Assembly: GCA_041695085.1 (NCBI GenBank)
Contig: JBGFRO010000020.1
Span: 130,732 to 194,731, forward strand
Reading direction: 5' to 3'
From: Bacteroidota bacterium
GTDB taxonomy: Bacteria > Bacteroidota > Ignavibacteria > UBA10030
Length of the DNA stretch: 64,000 nt
The notes beneath the pieces were generated by a model, which saw nothing but the letters and a program-made list of their open reading frames with translations, ran no database searches and was not told the origin of the DNA. Positions 48,003 through 58,438 of this stretch are shown piece by piece. Position numbers and translations under genes: made by a program. Within the stretch, counting starts at the first letter, position 1, and each line of letters begins with the position of its first letter.

Positions 48003-51000
48003 ATGCTCGATCGAATGATAAGTTGGTCTCTGCAAAACAGGCTCCTTGTTGTGCTTGCCTCGATCCTTATTCTCGGTATCGGAGTCTTCACTGTCACAAG
48101 AATTCCGGTCGATGTCTTTCCCGACCTCACAGCCCCAACGGTGGTCATCCTTGCCGAAGCGCACGGAATGGCCACGGAAGAAGTCGAGACGATGGTCACG
48201 TTTCCCATCGAAACCGCCATGAATGGAGCCACGGGCGTTCGGCGGGTGCGCTCATCTTCTGCCATGGGTATCGGCATCATCTGGGTAGAGTTTGACTGGG
48301 GCACCGATATTTTCATTGCGCGTCAGATCGTCAACGAAAAACTCCAACTTGTCAGTTCGCAGTTGCCACGCGACATTCGCCCGCCCGTGCTTGCCCCTAT
48401 CTCCTCCATTATGGGTGAAATTATGCTTGTGAGCATTTCCAGCGACCAGCATAGCGAGCTCGATGTGCGGACAGTCGCCGATTGGACGATTCGCCGCAGG
48501 CTCCTTGCCGTTCCCGGTGTTTCTCAGGTTATTCCGATCGGAGGAGGAAGAAAACAGTATCAGGTGCTCGTTGACCCCGACAAACTTCGGGCACACGATA
48601 TTTCGCTTCAGGAGCTTCTCCGCGCTGTTGAAAGCTCTAACCAGAATGCCTCCGGCGGCGTGTTTATGGAAAAAGGGCAGGAGTATCTCATCCGCGGCCT
48701 CGGTCGCGTCCATTCATTGGAGGACATTGGGCGGTCCGTTGTTGCCGTTCGTGAAGGCGTTCCCATCCTTGTGAAGGATGTTGCAGATCTCAAGATTGAC
48801 GCTGCCGTGAAGATCGGGGACGCCTCAGTGAATGCAAAGCCCGCTGTCGTCATCTCGATTCAGAAGCAACCCGGAGCCAATACGCTCGAACTCACGCGAA
48901 AGATCGAACGCACCCTGGAGGATATTCAGAAAACCCTTCCACAGGGGATGGCCATCAATTCTCATATTTTCCGTCAAGCGGATTTCATTCAGGTTGCCAT
49001 TGATAACGTCGCTGCGGTGCTGAGAGACGGCGCCATACTCGTGGTTCTTGTGCTGGTGTTGTTTCTCGCCAATCTCCGGACAACGTTCATCTCCCTGACA
49101 GCAATACCGCTTTCGTTGATCTTTGCCGTCTTCGTGATGAAGTTTTTCGATATCACCATCAACACCATGACGCTTGGCGGAATGGCGATTGCCGTTGGCG
49201 CCATCGTTGATGACGCCATCATTGATGTAGAGAATGTCTTTCGGCGATTGAAAGAGAATAAGCACGCCGAGAACCCGCGTCCAACTCTCGACGTCATCCT
49301 TCACGCGTCTCGCGAGATCCGGTCTTCGATTGTCAATGCAACGCTGATCATCATTGTCGTTTTCCTTCCGCTTTTCTTTTTGAGTGGGGTCGAAGGGAGA
49401 CTGTTGCGTCCCCTGGGAATTGCCTACATCGCTTCCATTGGGGCGTCGCTTCTCGTTGCCCTCAGCGTGACACCGGCATTATGTGCGTACCTTCTCCCCC
49501 GAGCTCGATTCTTGGAGAAAAAAGAAGACCCGTTCGTGCTTCGTCGACTCAAAGAAGTATATTCGCGAACGCTCGATATCGTTATGCGCAGGCCTCAGCA
49601 GGTGCTGGCTGGAGCGGTCGGTGCACTTGCCGTGGCGTTGACGATACTCCCATTTCTTGGCCGTGCCTTCCTCCCCGAATTCAACGAGGGCTCACTTACG
49701 CTCAGTGTCGTTACGGTCCCGGGCACATCGCTTGAAGAATCCAACAAGATTGGGAATCTTGTAGAAGAAATTCTACTAAGCCATCCAGTCATTAAGTCCA
49801 CGGCGCGCCGGACCGGGAGAGCCGAGCTTGATGAGCATGCGCAAGGAGTCAACTCCGCCGAGCTCGACGCCCGTTTCGAGCTCAATGGCATGTCGAAACA
49901 GGAGATGCTCGACGATCTTCGAAGGATGCTTTCCGTTGTTCCCGGCACGAATATCACGATTGGACAACCGCTCGGACACCGCATCGACCACATGCTTTCA
50001 GGCACACGAGCGAATATTGCCGTGAAAATCTTTGGGAGCGATCTCTACCGGTTACGAGCCATTGCCGAACAGGCTCGGAACCAGATCCAGCAGGTCGAGG
50101 GTGTAGTGGATCTGGCGGTCGAGCAACAAATGAACGTCCCCCAGATCCGCATCAAGGCAAACAGGTTACAGATGGCACGATATGGTATGACGATCGCTGA
50201 TTTCTCAGAAGCAATCGACGTGGCCTTTAACGGGGAGGTCGTCTCTCAGGTCTTAGAGGGGCAACAGCACTTCGACTTGCTGGTACGCTTTAACGATGAC
50301 CATCGCGGTAACATTGCAAAAATCAAGCAGGCTCTCTTTGACACGCCGACGGGGATAAAAGTGCCGATTTCCGAGCTTGCCACGATTGTTTCGGAGAAAG
50401 GGATCAATACCATCAGCCGGGAGAATGCGCAGAGGAAAATCGTGGTGCAGGCAAACGTCTCGGGACGCGACCTTCACAGCGTTATTACGGATATTCAACA
50501 GCGGATGGAGCGCAATGTGTTGCTTCCGGAAGGATATTATGTAGAATACGGTGGGCAATTCGAAAGCGAGCAGGAGGCAACCCGCATCATATCGCTCTTG
50601 AGTATCGCCGCAGTTCTCATCATATTTCTCATCCTATATTTTGAACTGAAGTCCATTCGTGTTGCTTTGCTTGTCATGGTGAATCTTCCTCTGGCACTAA
50701 TTGGCGGAATTGTCGCTGTGCTTCTTTCCGACGGCGTGCTAAGCGTCGCCTCGCTCGTCGGCTTTATCACCCTCTTTGGTATTGCAACGCGAAACGGCAT
50801 TCTTTTAGTCTCTCACTACCAGACTCTGCTGGCCGAAGGAAAGTCACTTGACCAAGCAGTAAAGCAAGGCTCCATGGAACGACTCAGTCCTGTGCTGATG
50901 ACCGCTCTTTCGACTGGCTTAGCGCTGATACCACTTGCGCTTGCAGGTGGCGATCCGGGAAGCGAGATTCAATCTCCTATGGCAATTGTTATCCTTGGCG

Positions 51001-51083
51001 GATTGGTCAGTTCGACAGCCTTAAACTTGGTCGTGATTCCTGCGTTGTTTTTGAAATTTGCAGGCAAAAAAGGAACCAAGTAA
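48003..51083 (+). CDS. czcA-like: CusA/CzcA-family heavy-metal efflux RND transporter
   Basis: 1026 aa with the characteristic 12-TM/two large periplasmic loop layout and conserved blocks (..AIVDDAIIDVENVFRRLKEN.., ..GGMAIAVGAIVDD..). Confidence 0.9.
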   Translation: MLDRMISWSLQNRLLVVLASILILGIGVFTVTRIPVDVFPDLTAPTVVILAEAHGMATEEVETMVTFPIETAMNGATGVRRVRSSSAMGIGIIWVEFDWGTDIFIARQIVNEKLQLVSSQLPRDIRPPVLAPISSIMGEIMLVSISSDQHSELDVRTVADWTIRRRLLAVPGVSQVIPIGGGRKQYQVLVDPDKLRAHDISLQELLRAVESSNQNASGGVFMEKGQEYLIRGLGRVHSLEDIGRSVVAVREGVPILVKDVADLKIDAAVKIGDASVNAKPAVVISIQKQPGANTLELTRKIERTLEDIQKTLPQGMAINSHIFRQADFIQVAIDNVAAVLRDGAILVVLVLVLFLANLRTTFISLTAIPLSLIFAVFVMKFFDITINTMTLGGMAIAVGAIVDDAIIDVENVFRRLKENKHAENPRPTLDVILHASREIRSSIVNATLIIIVVFLPLFFLSGVEGRLLRPLGIAYIASIGASLLVALSVTPALCAYLLPRARFLEKKEDPFVLRRLKEVYSRTLDIVMRRPQQVLAGAVGALAVALTILPFLGRAFLPEFNEGSLTLSVVTVPGTSLEESNKIGNLVEEILLSHPVIKSTARRTGRAELDEHAQGVNSAELDARFELNGMSKQEMLDDLRRMLSVVPGTNITIGQPLGHRIDHMLSGTRANIAVKIFGSDLYRLRAIAEQARNQIQQVEGVVDLAVEQQMNVPQIRIKANRLQMARYGMTIADFSEAIDVAFNGEVVSQVLEGQQHFDLLVRFNDDHRGNIAKIKQALFDTPTGIKVPISELATIVSEKGINTISRENAQRKIVVQANVSGRDLHSVITDIQQRMERNVLLPEGYYVEYGGQFESEQEATRIISLLSIAAVLIIFLILYFELKSIRVALLVMVNLPLALIGGIVAVLLSDGVLSVASLVGFITLFGIATRNGILLVSHYQTLLAEGKSLDQAVKQGSMERLSPVLMTALSTGLALIPLALAGGDPGSEIQSPMAIVILGGLVSSTALNLVVIPALFLKFAGKKGTK

Positions 51084-51153
51084 CTTCTCTATCGTAGAAT
51101 GGCTCGACAGCGAGACGGAGAATGCCAAAAACGTAAAGAAGGAGACGAAGCGT

Positions 51154-52110
51154 ATGTCGCACTTATTGGATGAAGCTGTTTTGCCATGCCGTCATCAGCA
51201 TAGGCCATTGCTCATTCACACTGATCATTCAGCCGACCATCAGCACGCGCACGGGCTTGATGTGCATCGCCCTCAGCAGAGAAAGGCGTTGATGATCTCC
51301 GTTGCATTGACGACGGGGATGATGATTGTGGAATTCATCGCCGGGCTGCTCACGGGCAGTCTTATGCTCATCAGCGACGCAATCCACATGCTTTCACACG
51401 CGACGGCGTTGGGAATAAGTCTGCTGGCTGTTGTGCTTGCACAGAAAAAGGTCGGTGAGCATTTTCCGTTCGGACTCTATAGGGTCGAGATTCTTGCGGC
51501 ACTGTTCAACGGAATCGGCCTTGCGGGCTTCAGTGTGTGGATCATTTATGAAGGCATTGTGCGCATGATCGATCCTGTTGCCATCCTTGGACCTGAGCTT
51601 ACCGCTGTGGCCATCGTAGGGCTTGCCGTAAACCTCACAACAGCAGTCATCTTGCGCCGGGCCGGATTAGAAGACCTGAATACGAAAAGTGCGTTTCTCC
51701 ATATGCTTGCCGATACGTTCTCATCGGCCGCAATTGTTGTCGGCGGCATCATCATTGTGCTTACCGACTGGTTTATTGTCGACCCGATTCTCAGTATGGT
51801 CGTGGCCCTTCTCGTTGCTCGATGGTCCTGGGGCTTACTGAGAGACTCGGTACTTATCCTTCTTGAGCGCAAGCCCGATACGATTGATTCAGCAAAACTC
51901 CAACGCGGGCTCAAACAAGAGTTTCCCGAGGTAAGGGATGTGCACGACGTGCACATCTGGGAAATTACCTCGGCGTTTGTCTGTTTGACGATGCACGTTG
52001 TCCTTGATGATATGAAGCTGAAAGAAGCGAACAAGGTGCGGTCGAGAATGACTGAGTATCTTCAACAACAGTTTGGGGTAGGGCACTCTGTGATTCAGAT
52101 TGAATGCTAA
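51154..52110 (+). CDS. czcD-like: cation diffusion facilitator transporter (CzcD-like) with His-rich N-terminus
   Basis: ATG at 51154 with RBS aaggagacg. N-terminal HQHRPLLIHTDHSADHQHAHGLDVH, six TM helices with the HMLSHA motif, and a C-terminal cytoplasmic domain. Confidence 0.85.
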   Translation: MSHLLDEAVLPCRHQHRPLLIHTDHSADHQHAHGLDVHRPQQRKALMISVALTTGMMIVEFIAGLLTGSLMLISDAIHMLSHATALGISLLAVVLAQKKVGEHFPFGLYRVEILAALFNGIGLAGFSVWIIYEGIVRMIDPVAILGPELTAVAIVGLAVNLTTAVILRRAGLEDLNTKSAFLHMLADTFSSAAIVVGGIIIVLTDWFIVDPILSMVVALLVARWSWGLLRDSVLILLERKPDTIDSAKLQRGLKQEFPEVRDVHDVHIWEITSAFVCLTMHVVLDDMKLKEANKVRSRMTEYLQQQFGVGHSVIQIEC

Positions 52111-52222
52111 ACACTTGGTGGATGCCGGGCCAACGTTGGCCGTTGGGCGGACAAAGGGCATGCGGGGCGTTCTCGATTACAGCGGAAGTTCCGCATGGAC
52201 AGCACCGGTTTTGGAGGTATAT

Positions 52223-52972
52223 ATGCAAAGGATTCGTCTCATAGTAGCGCCACTGACGTTCAGCTTCATCTTCGGGGCCCTTGCGGGCTGTGAGAAGAGC
52301 ACGGCTCCACAGGGTAGTAGCAAGTCTAACGTCACGTTCCGGGCGGCACGGGTTGGGATCGTGAATAAATCCGTCAACCCGAAGAGCATCATTGTCGTAC
52401 ATCGTACCGACACCCTCGTGATCGAAAAGGTCTCGCTCACCTTGCAGGACATCGACATGGAGCGCACGACGCAATCTGTGGAATGCAAAGACGGCGTCAA
52501 CAGCGGGAACGCAGATTGCTCTGACTGGGTGGATGGCCCGATCCGCGTGAACCTCAACCTTACGGACGCGACCAAAGGCCATACACTGAGTATCCCGCTC
52601 CAGAAAGGCACCTACGACGTCATCAGCTTCGATATCAGCGTACCGGATGGAGGCGACCCGGCGGAACAGGCGTACATCGCCGCGAATCCGGACATGGCAA
52701 ATGCGAGTGTGTTAGTGATCGGCACGTTCAACAGGCAACCGTTTACCTTCAAGACAGATGTGAGAGGTGATCGGGAGGTGGTGTTGAACCCGCCGCTCGT
52801 AGTCTCTGAGGATAAGGAGGTAAGCTTTCACTTCGCCGTCGAGTTCGACGCCGCTATGTGGTTCCGGCGGGCTGACCTCACGCTGATCGATCCCCGCACC
52901 ACGAACGACGCCGATATAGAGAAGATCAAGCAGAACATTCGCGACCGGATCGAGTCCGAATCCATTCCGTAG
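52223..52972 (+). CDS. hypothetical lipoprotein
   Basis: ATG at 52223 with RBS ggaggt. Lipoprotein signal (..IFGALAGCEKS) and a beta-rich body. No family recognised. Confidence 0.5.
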   Translation: MQRIRLIVAPLTFSFIFGALAGCEKSTAPQGSSKSNVTFRAARVGIVNKSVNPKSIIVVHRTDTLVIEKVSLTLQDIDMERTTQSVECKDGVNSGNADCSDWVDGPIRVNLNLTDATKGHTLSIPLQKGTYDVISFDISVPDGGDPAEQAYIAANPDMANASVLVIGTFNRQPFTFKTDVRGDREVVLNPPLVVSEDKEVSFHFAVEFDAAMWFRRADLTLIDPRTTNDADIEKIKQNIRDRIESESIP

Positions 52973-53003
52973 CCTTCGGGCCAAGTCGCCCTCATGAGCA
53001 GAA

Positions 53004-53031
53004 GGCCGAGCGCAAGGAAGTTGCGCTCGGC
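53004..53031. terminator. hairpin between convergent genes (lipoprotein + / phosphatase -)
   Basis: ggccgagcgca aggaagt tgcgctcggc. No strong U-tract. Confidence 0.3.
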
Positions 53032-53085
53032 TCCCCTCGGACCTTGCGGCGCCGCGCTGCTCAAGCTAACACAACCTCCTCTGCT

Positions 53086-54414
53086 CTAATTCGAACCGGT
53101 CACCCTTCTTCTTGTATTTCCTTGAGGTGCTCTTTCAACCAACAGATTAACTCCCGACGGCTGTTTGATCAACTCGAATGCATCATATAACTCGCCTGTT
53201 ACCGTTTTCGCTTCATACCGCAGGGTATCAAGCGATACATAGATGATTTGATAAAGCTGTGTATCTTCTGCCATACGAGCTATCAGCGGAGAATCGCTTG
53301 CCGCATACATCTTCGGTCCGGAAACAGAAACAACGTAAACCGTTCCGCTCTGGTCATTTCTCACACTCACGCCGCTTCGGACGTTCTTGGTTCTGCCGTA
53401 GGTGTGATCGTGTCCCTGGAGTACGAGATCGACTCTGTGCTTGTCAAACACCGGCATCCAGGTTTCCCGGAGTTCCTTGTTATCTCTCCCCTTCGCAGTT
53501 GAGAAGACCGGATGATGAAATGTGATACACGTCCATCGGGAGGGGTTGTCCTTTAACATCTGATCCAGCCACACCGCCTGCTCGGCAATCCGTTCGTTGG
53601 AGTTCAAACTGACAATTCTTACACCTTGGTAATCAAGGAAGTACGCGGTCTCCTCGAGTCCTGCTGGACCGTTTTCGGGTAGCGTGAACTGAGGACGCCA
53701 GTTGATGGAAAGCTGTTTGCCCAACCCCAACAGTGTAGATTCATACTCGTGGTTGCCGGGCGACGGGATGCTGGGCACCATAGCGTTCAGCCAACTTCCC
53801 GCGTTAAACCACTCCCCCCACTCTCCGTCGCTATTTGCATGGTCGATAAGATCGCCGGCATGGATAATGAATCGCGCCTTCGGTGCATCGCTATACGCTG
53901 CTCGAATTGCCCTCGACCACAAGGAACGGATCTCGTTCTGCGCATCTCCTAAATAAATAAAGGAAAAGGGTTCTGCTCTATCGCTTGCGGTCTTGAACTG
54001 AAACCATTCGCTCCAGTTCTTTCCGTCCCCGACCCGGTAAGCATAAAGAGTCGATGGTTGTAAATCGGTCATGTTGAGCGAGTGGTGGAACACTGGATAC
54101 TGCGGCGTTCGAAGAAGAACGGTTTCGGCGGTCAGCGTTCTTGCGTTCTTTTCGAGATTAGGACCGGGCGTTGCAACAGTAATCTGAACAACAGGGTTGG
54201 TTACTGTCGTATCGGTTCTCCACGTAATCGCTTGACTCGCTGACGGGTCACCGGCAAAAGTAAGAATAATACGATCCGGCATGACAGAAGGTGGATTACC
54301 TCCGTTCTCCGCGAACGCTGTTGAGGCAAGAGTGGTCGGCGGTCCGGATGAAAGGCCGATTGAAACGGCAAGGAACGCAATGAGTTGAATGGATAAAGAT
54401 TGAAACGATACCAT
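53086..54414 (-). CDS. purple-acid-phosphatase-like metallophosphoesterase with N-terminal FN3-like domain
   Basis: Start at MVSFQ.. (signal peptide). Motifs GDAQN, GDLIDHAN, GNHEY and GHDHTY belong to the calcineurin-like phosphoesterase fold. Confidence 0.75.
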   Translation of the reverse strand: MVSFQSLSIQLIAFLAVSIGLSSGPPTTLASTAFAENGGNPPSVMPDRIILTFAGDPSASQAITWRTDTTVTNPVVQITVATPGPNLEKNARTLTAETVLLRTPQYPVFHHSLNMTDLQPSTLYAYRVGDGKNWSEWFQFKTASDRAEPFSFIYLGDAQNEIRSLWSRAIRAAYSDAPKARFIIHAGDLIDHANSDGEWGEWFNAGSWLNAMVPSIPSPGNHEYESTLLGLGKQLSINWRPQFTLPENGPAGLEETAYFLDYQGVRIVSLNSNERIAEQAVWLDQMLKDNPSRWTCITFHHPVFSTAKGRDNKELRETWMPVFDKHRVDLVLQGHDHTYGRTKNVRSGVSVRNDQSGTVYVVSVSGPKMYAASDSPLIARMAEDTQLYQIIYVSLDTLRYEAKTVTGELYDAFELIKQPSGVNLLVERAPQGNTRRRVTGSN

Positions 54415-55014
54415 GGTCTTTCTCTCCTTACGACAATGAGTCTTCTTCAATAATGCCCTGTTCGAGATCCGCATTCGGCACGGTCGTCTCACCCCCTCGT
54501 ACTGTGACAGCGCGGACGCTCTCTACATAACGAAAGCGAAAAACTACAAGTTGATGCTCGTCGGCGGGGACGCGCACAAGCGTGTACGAGCCTTTCAGGT
54601 CTGCCGCTGCACCGATTCGAAGGGAAGCAATGCAAATGTTTGCCGACGGCAGCGCGAATCCATCCTTGTTCGTTACTCTGCCGTCATAGTTCCGGTTTGA
54701 GTATGCGCTATCGTTGTTGAAAATAACAAGACCGCTGCTATCAAGTGATATATAATCTCATGGAAAAATCCTCCTTATGTTGATTCCATAAGTTAGCAAT
54801 CTTGTGTTATATTTGTTTTGTCTATTCTTTATTGAACAATAAAGATAAAGATCTTCCAATGTAATGAAAATTTCCATAGTGATTGTCACTCTGGCAGATT
54901 GCTCAGTTCCACGGAGCTCTATTTGGCCGCCCTTCCTACGTTGTTTCTGAGATTTGCGGATAAGAAAGCGGAAGTATAACTTGGAGGAGAATGACCTGTT
55001 TCTGAGTCTGTTGA

Positions 55015-56235
55015 ATGAATCGTGATTTTAAGATTATTCTTGGGACCTCTTTCATTCGGTCCTTCGCTATCAGTGCTCTGAGTGTTTTCTATGGATTGTA
55101 CCTCGCTGCGCTTGGGTTGGATGAAGTGAAGATCGGATTTCTCATTGCCTCTGGTTTGCTTGGAATGGCGGTTGGGACTCTCCTCGTGACAAGAATAGCG
55201 GACCGAACGGGACGAAGAAAGAGTCTTACGTTTCTTACCGCGGTTATGACGTTGGGGGGAATTTTGTTGGCGTTTTCGTCGCAGCCCGGCTTCCTCATCG
55301 GGGCGTCGTTCATCGGGATGGTAAACGGGATGGGACGGGATAGGGGCGCGCTCCAGGCACTCGATCAAGCAGTAATTGCTCAGTGCGTGTCGCCTGAGGA
55401 ACGAACCCGTATGTTTGCACGCTATACGTTTATCATGGATATCGGCGGTGCGTTCGGTGCCTTGGTTGCAGGCATCCCACAGTCGCTCAATGAATACCGA
55501 ACAGCGATCCTCGTCTATGCAATGACGCTCGGTTGTCTCGTCCCGGTGTATTACTTACTCAGCAACAACGTCGAGGCGTTACCGCTGAAGGAATCAAAAC
55601 GAGCATTCTCTCCAGAAACACGTAAACGCATCTTTACCTTTGCCGCTCTTTCAACACTCGACAGCCTTGGGGGTGGATTCATTACGCGTTCCTTGCTTAC
55701 ATATTGGTTTGTCCTGCGATTTGATGTAGAGCCAATCTGGATCGGGCCTCTCTTTGCTTCAGCGGCGCTTGTCAATGCCGCCGCCTATTTCGTTGCCGCT
55801 GCGTTGGCAAGGAGATTCGGACTCGTCAATACCATGGTCTTCACGCACCTACCATCGCATCTCCTCTTGATACTTGTTCCTTTAGCTCCGACATTCTCAA
55901 TCGCTGTGGTCTTGTTCATCCTCCGGGAGTTTTTCGCGCCGATGGATGTGCCGACACGCCAATCGTACTTGGCGGCTATTGTCAGCGAGCACGAACGCTC
56001 CAGTGCGGCCGGTCTTGTGAATATGGCCCGAAATGCTTCATGGGTTGTGGGGCCGACGTTGGCCGGTTGGGCAATGACCTTTTCACTCTCTGCGCCGTTG
56101 TATTTTGCCGGAGTGCTAAAAATCATTTACGATGTTTCCCTCTGGAAGGCGTTCAATGACATTCGACCGCCGGAGGAAAACGAACAAAGAACCGATATGA
56201 CTGCGATCGCTGACCCAAAAGCGACTCGGAAGTAG
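55015..56235 (+). CDS. MFS transporter
   Basis: 406 aa with 12 predicted TM helices and an MFS loop motif (..RIADRTGRRKSL..). Confidence 0.8.
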   Translation: MNRDFKIILGTSFIRSFAISALSVFYGLYLAALGLDEVKIGFLIASGLLGMAVGTLLVTRIADRTGRRKSLTFLTAVMTLGGILLAFSSQPGFLIGASFIGMVNGMGRDRGALQALDQAVIAQCVSPEERTRMFARYTFIMDIGGAFGALVAGIPQSLNEYRTAILVYAMTLGCLVPVYYLLSNNVEALPLKESKRAFSPETRKRIFTFAALSTLDSLGGGFITRSLLTYWFVLRFDVEPIWIGPLFASAALVNAAAYFVAAALARRFGLVNTMVFTHLPSHLLLILVPLAPTFSIAVVLFILREFFAPMDVPTRQSYLAAIVSEHERSSAAGLVNMARNASWVVGPTLAGWAMTFSLSAPLYFAGVLKIIYDVSLWKAFNDIRPPEENEQRTDMTAIADPKATRK

Positions 56236-56257
56236 TAATGCACAATCGCTTTCACAG

Positions 56258-57583
56258 ATGGAGACTCCTATGTCTTTCATAACCTTTGAAATCGCCTTCA
56301 TAATTCTTCTGACCATATTGAACGGCATATTTGCGATGACGGAAATCGCCGTCGTCTCAGCCCGCAAGGCTCGACTCCAACAATGGGCCGAAAGCGGCAA
56401 CAAGAATGCGCGGCTTGCGCTTGAGGTTTCAAATGCGCCGGAAGAATTCTTATCAACTGTTCAGATCGGCATTACGCTGGTGGGTGTACTGGCAGGGGCG
56501 TTCGGCGGTGCAACAATCGCTCAAAACCTTGCCACGACTTTTGCAACGTATCCCATTCTTGCTCCCTATGCCGAAACGATTGCTATTGGTCTTGTGGTCA
56601 TTAGCATAACCTATTTGTCGCTCATTCTCGGCGAGCTTGTACCAAAACGCATCGCGCTGAACAATCCTGAACGCATTGCAGCGTTTATGGCAAGGCCTAT
56701 GCGTTTGCTTTCGCGGGCGACTGCCCCCGTTGTCTGGTTACTGAGCGCCTCAACCAGCACCCTTCTTTGGCTTTTCCGTTTACGACAAACTTCCGAACCC
56801 CCCATTACTGAAGAGGAGATAAAGATCCTCCTCCGACAGGGGGCTGAAGTAGGTGCGATCGAACGGGATGAGCGGGACATCATCGAACGAGTGTTTCGCC
56901 TTGGTGCACGACGGGCCAGTACTCTCATGACCCCGCGAAAAGAGCTTGTGGTTCTGTATGTCTCTGACTCCCTGGATCAGGTCCGGCAGAAGATAGTTCA
57001 GAGTGGTCACTCGGTTTTTCCACTCTGCGAACAAACACTCGATAACGTTCTCGGTGTGGTGCGCATCCAAGAGATATTTGGGCAAATTGTTGAAGGCAAA
57101 CCGATCAATCTCAAGGCCATTGTTCGCGAAGCTCTCTTTCTTCCAGAGTCGGTGCAAAGCCTGAAGCTTTTAAAAGAGTTCAAGAAAACCGGTAAGGATA
57201 TTGCACTTCTTCTGGATGAGTATGGCGGACTGCAGGGTCTCATTACGGCCACCGATATCTTGAAGGCTGTCGTCGGAGAGGTATCTTACCTTGCCCTCCC
57301 TAAGGCTGTGCGTCGGCCCGATGGATCCTGGCTCGTCGATGGGATGCTTCCCCTCGACGAGTTCAAGGAAGTACTCAAATTGAGCCAGTTGCCCGAAGAG
57401 AGTCACTCGTACGAGACTGCAGGCGGATTTGTTATGGCCCTTTTAGGTCGTATCCCGTCAGAAGGAGACTCCATTCAATGGGGTAGGTATCGGTTTGAGA
57501 TTGTTGACATGGATGGGCTTAGGGTCGATAAAATACTTGTGACCGCCTTGGCTAAAGGGGTCGATCAAAGAGGAATCCGCTGA
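56258..57583 (+). CDS. CNNM/HlyC-family (DUF21-CBS pair-CorC_HlyC) transporter-associated protein
   Basis: N-terminal DUF21 TM domain with the MTEIAVVSARKARL motif, two CBS domains and a C-terminal CorC_HlyC domain. Confidence 0.8.
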   Translation: METPMSFITFEIAFIILLTILNGIFAMTEIAVVSARKARLQQWAESGNKNARLALEVSNAPEEFLSTVQIGITLVGVLAGAFGGATIAQNLATTFATYPILAPYAETIAIGLVVISITYLSLILGELVPKRIALNNPERIAAFMARPMRLLSRATAPVVWLLSASTSTLLWLFRLRQTSEPPITEEEIKILLRQGAEVGAIERDERDIIERVFRLGARRASTLMTPRKELVVLYVSDSLDQVRQKIVQSGHSVFPLCEQTLDNVLGVVRIQEIFGQIVEGKPINLKAIVREALFLPESVQSLKLLKEFKKTGKDIALLLDEYGGLQGLITATDILKAVVGEVSYLALPKAVRRPDGSWLVDGMLPLDEFKEVLKLSQLPEESHSYETAGGFVMALLGRIPSEGDSIQWGRYRFEIVDMDGLRVDKILVTALAKGVDQRGIR

Positions 57584-57608
57584 AAGTCTAGCGCTGTTTT
57601 TTTTTCAC

Positions 57609-58337
57609 ATGAATACTTCAGGCCGTATTGTCCGTTCCTATGAGCCGACAAACAGGCAGCGACGCTTGGTAGTGTTTCTTGTACAAGTGCTCGTGCCGGT
57701 TCTGTTTGGAATTACCTGCACGCAAGTTACTGCACCCGTGACAGAGCTTCCGAAGGAACTTATGCCGCTGACCGTGGGAAACAAATGGAGGTACTTATCG
57801 GGTCTTTTCAATCCGCCCGACACAACGATATTCGAAATCACGAGGAAGATGCCGGTAACGATTGACAGTGTGACATACGATGCTTCGGCATATATCTACT
57901 ACCGACAGGGAGGAACTAAGCCGGAGTTTGAATGGCTCCACTGGAACGGTGCCGACGGCCTCTATTGGCTGGGTGGAGTTTCTGGAAGAGACTCGCTCTT
58001 CATCAAAAAACTTGGTTTCAAATATCCTGCCGAGGTTGGTGAATCATGGTTAGTTCCGATCCTCGCCTATTCTCGTTCTGATGAACGGTTTTACATACGT
58101 GATACGCTTACCTTCCACGTGATTGCCACGGATGAAGAGATTGAGACCCCCGCAGGAAAGTTCAAGTGTTATGTTTACAAGTACAGAAGAAGACCAGCCC
58201 CAGACGTTTTTGCTTACTGGAACTATCTTCTGTATTACTCACCTGGTATAGGATCGGTTGCAGAAATTATCAAGAGCGAAACTAGGGGGGATCTTAAGGA
58301 CAAGATAATTCTCTATGATTTTCAGGTCAAACCTTAA
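57609..58337 (+). CDS. hypothetical membrane-anchored protein, tandem paralog A
   Basis: 242 aa with an N-terminal signal anchor. First ~190 codons are ~98% nt-identical to paralog B; the last ~50 codons diverge. Confidence 0.6.
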   Translation: MNTSGRIVRSYEPTNRQRRLVVFLVQVLVPVLFGITCTQVTAPVTELPKELMPLTVGNKWRYLSGLFNPPDTTIFEITRKMPVTIDSVTYDASAYIYYRQGGTKPEFEWLHWNGADGLYWLGGVSGRDSLFIKKLGFKYPAEVGESWLVPILAYSRSDERFYIRDTLTFHVIATDEEIETPAGKFKCYVYKYRRRPAPDVFAYWNYLLYYSPGIGSVAEIIKSETRGDLKDKIILYDFQVKP

Positions 58338-58438
58338 CTACCTCTGAGTTTCTTCTAACTTCTGTACGAAAGTTTTTCACTGCAATTTATATGGAAGGAG
58401 GAGGAATCCGCTGAAAGTCTAGCGCTGTTTTTTTTCAC

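Noticed and set aside
54415-55014. 600-bp AT-rich interval examined for a small RNA or mobile element
   Set aside because: It is simply the divergent promoter region between the phosphatase (minus) and MFS (plus) genes. No repeats, hairpin families or conserved ncRNA signatures were recognised.
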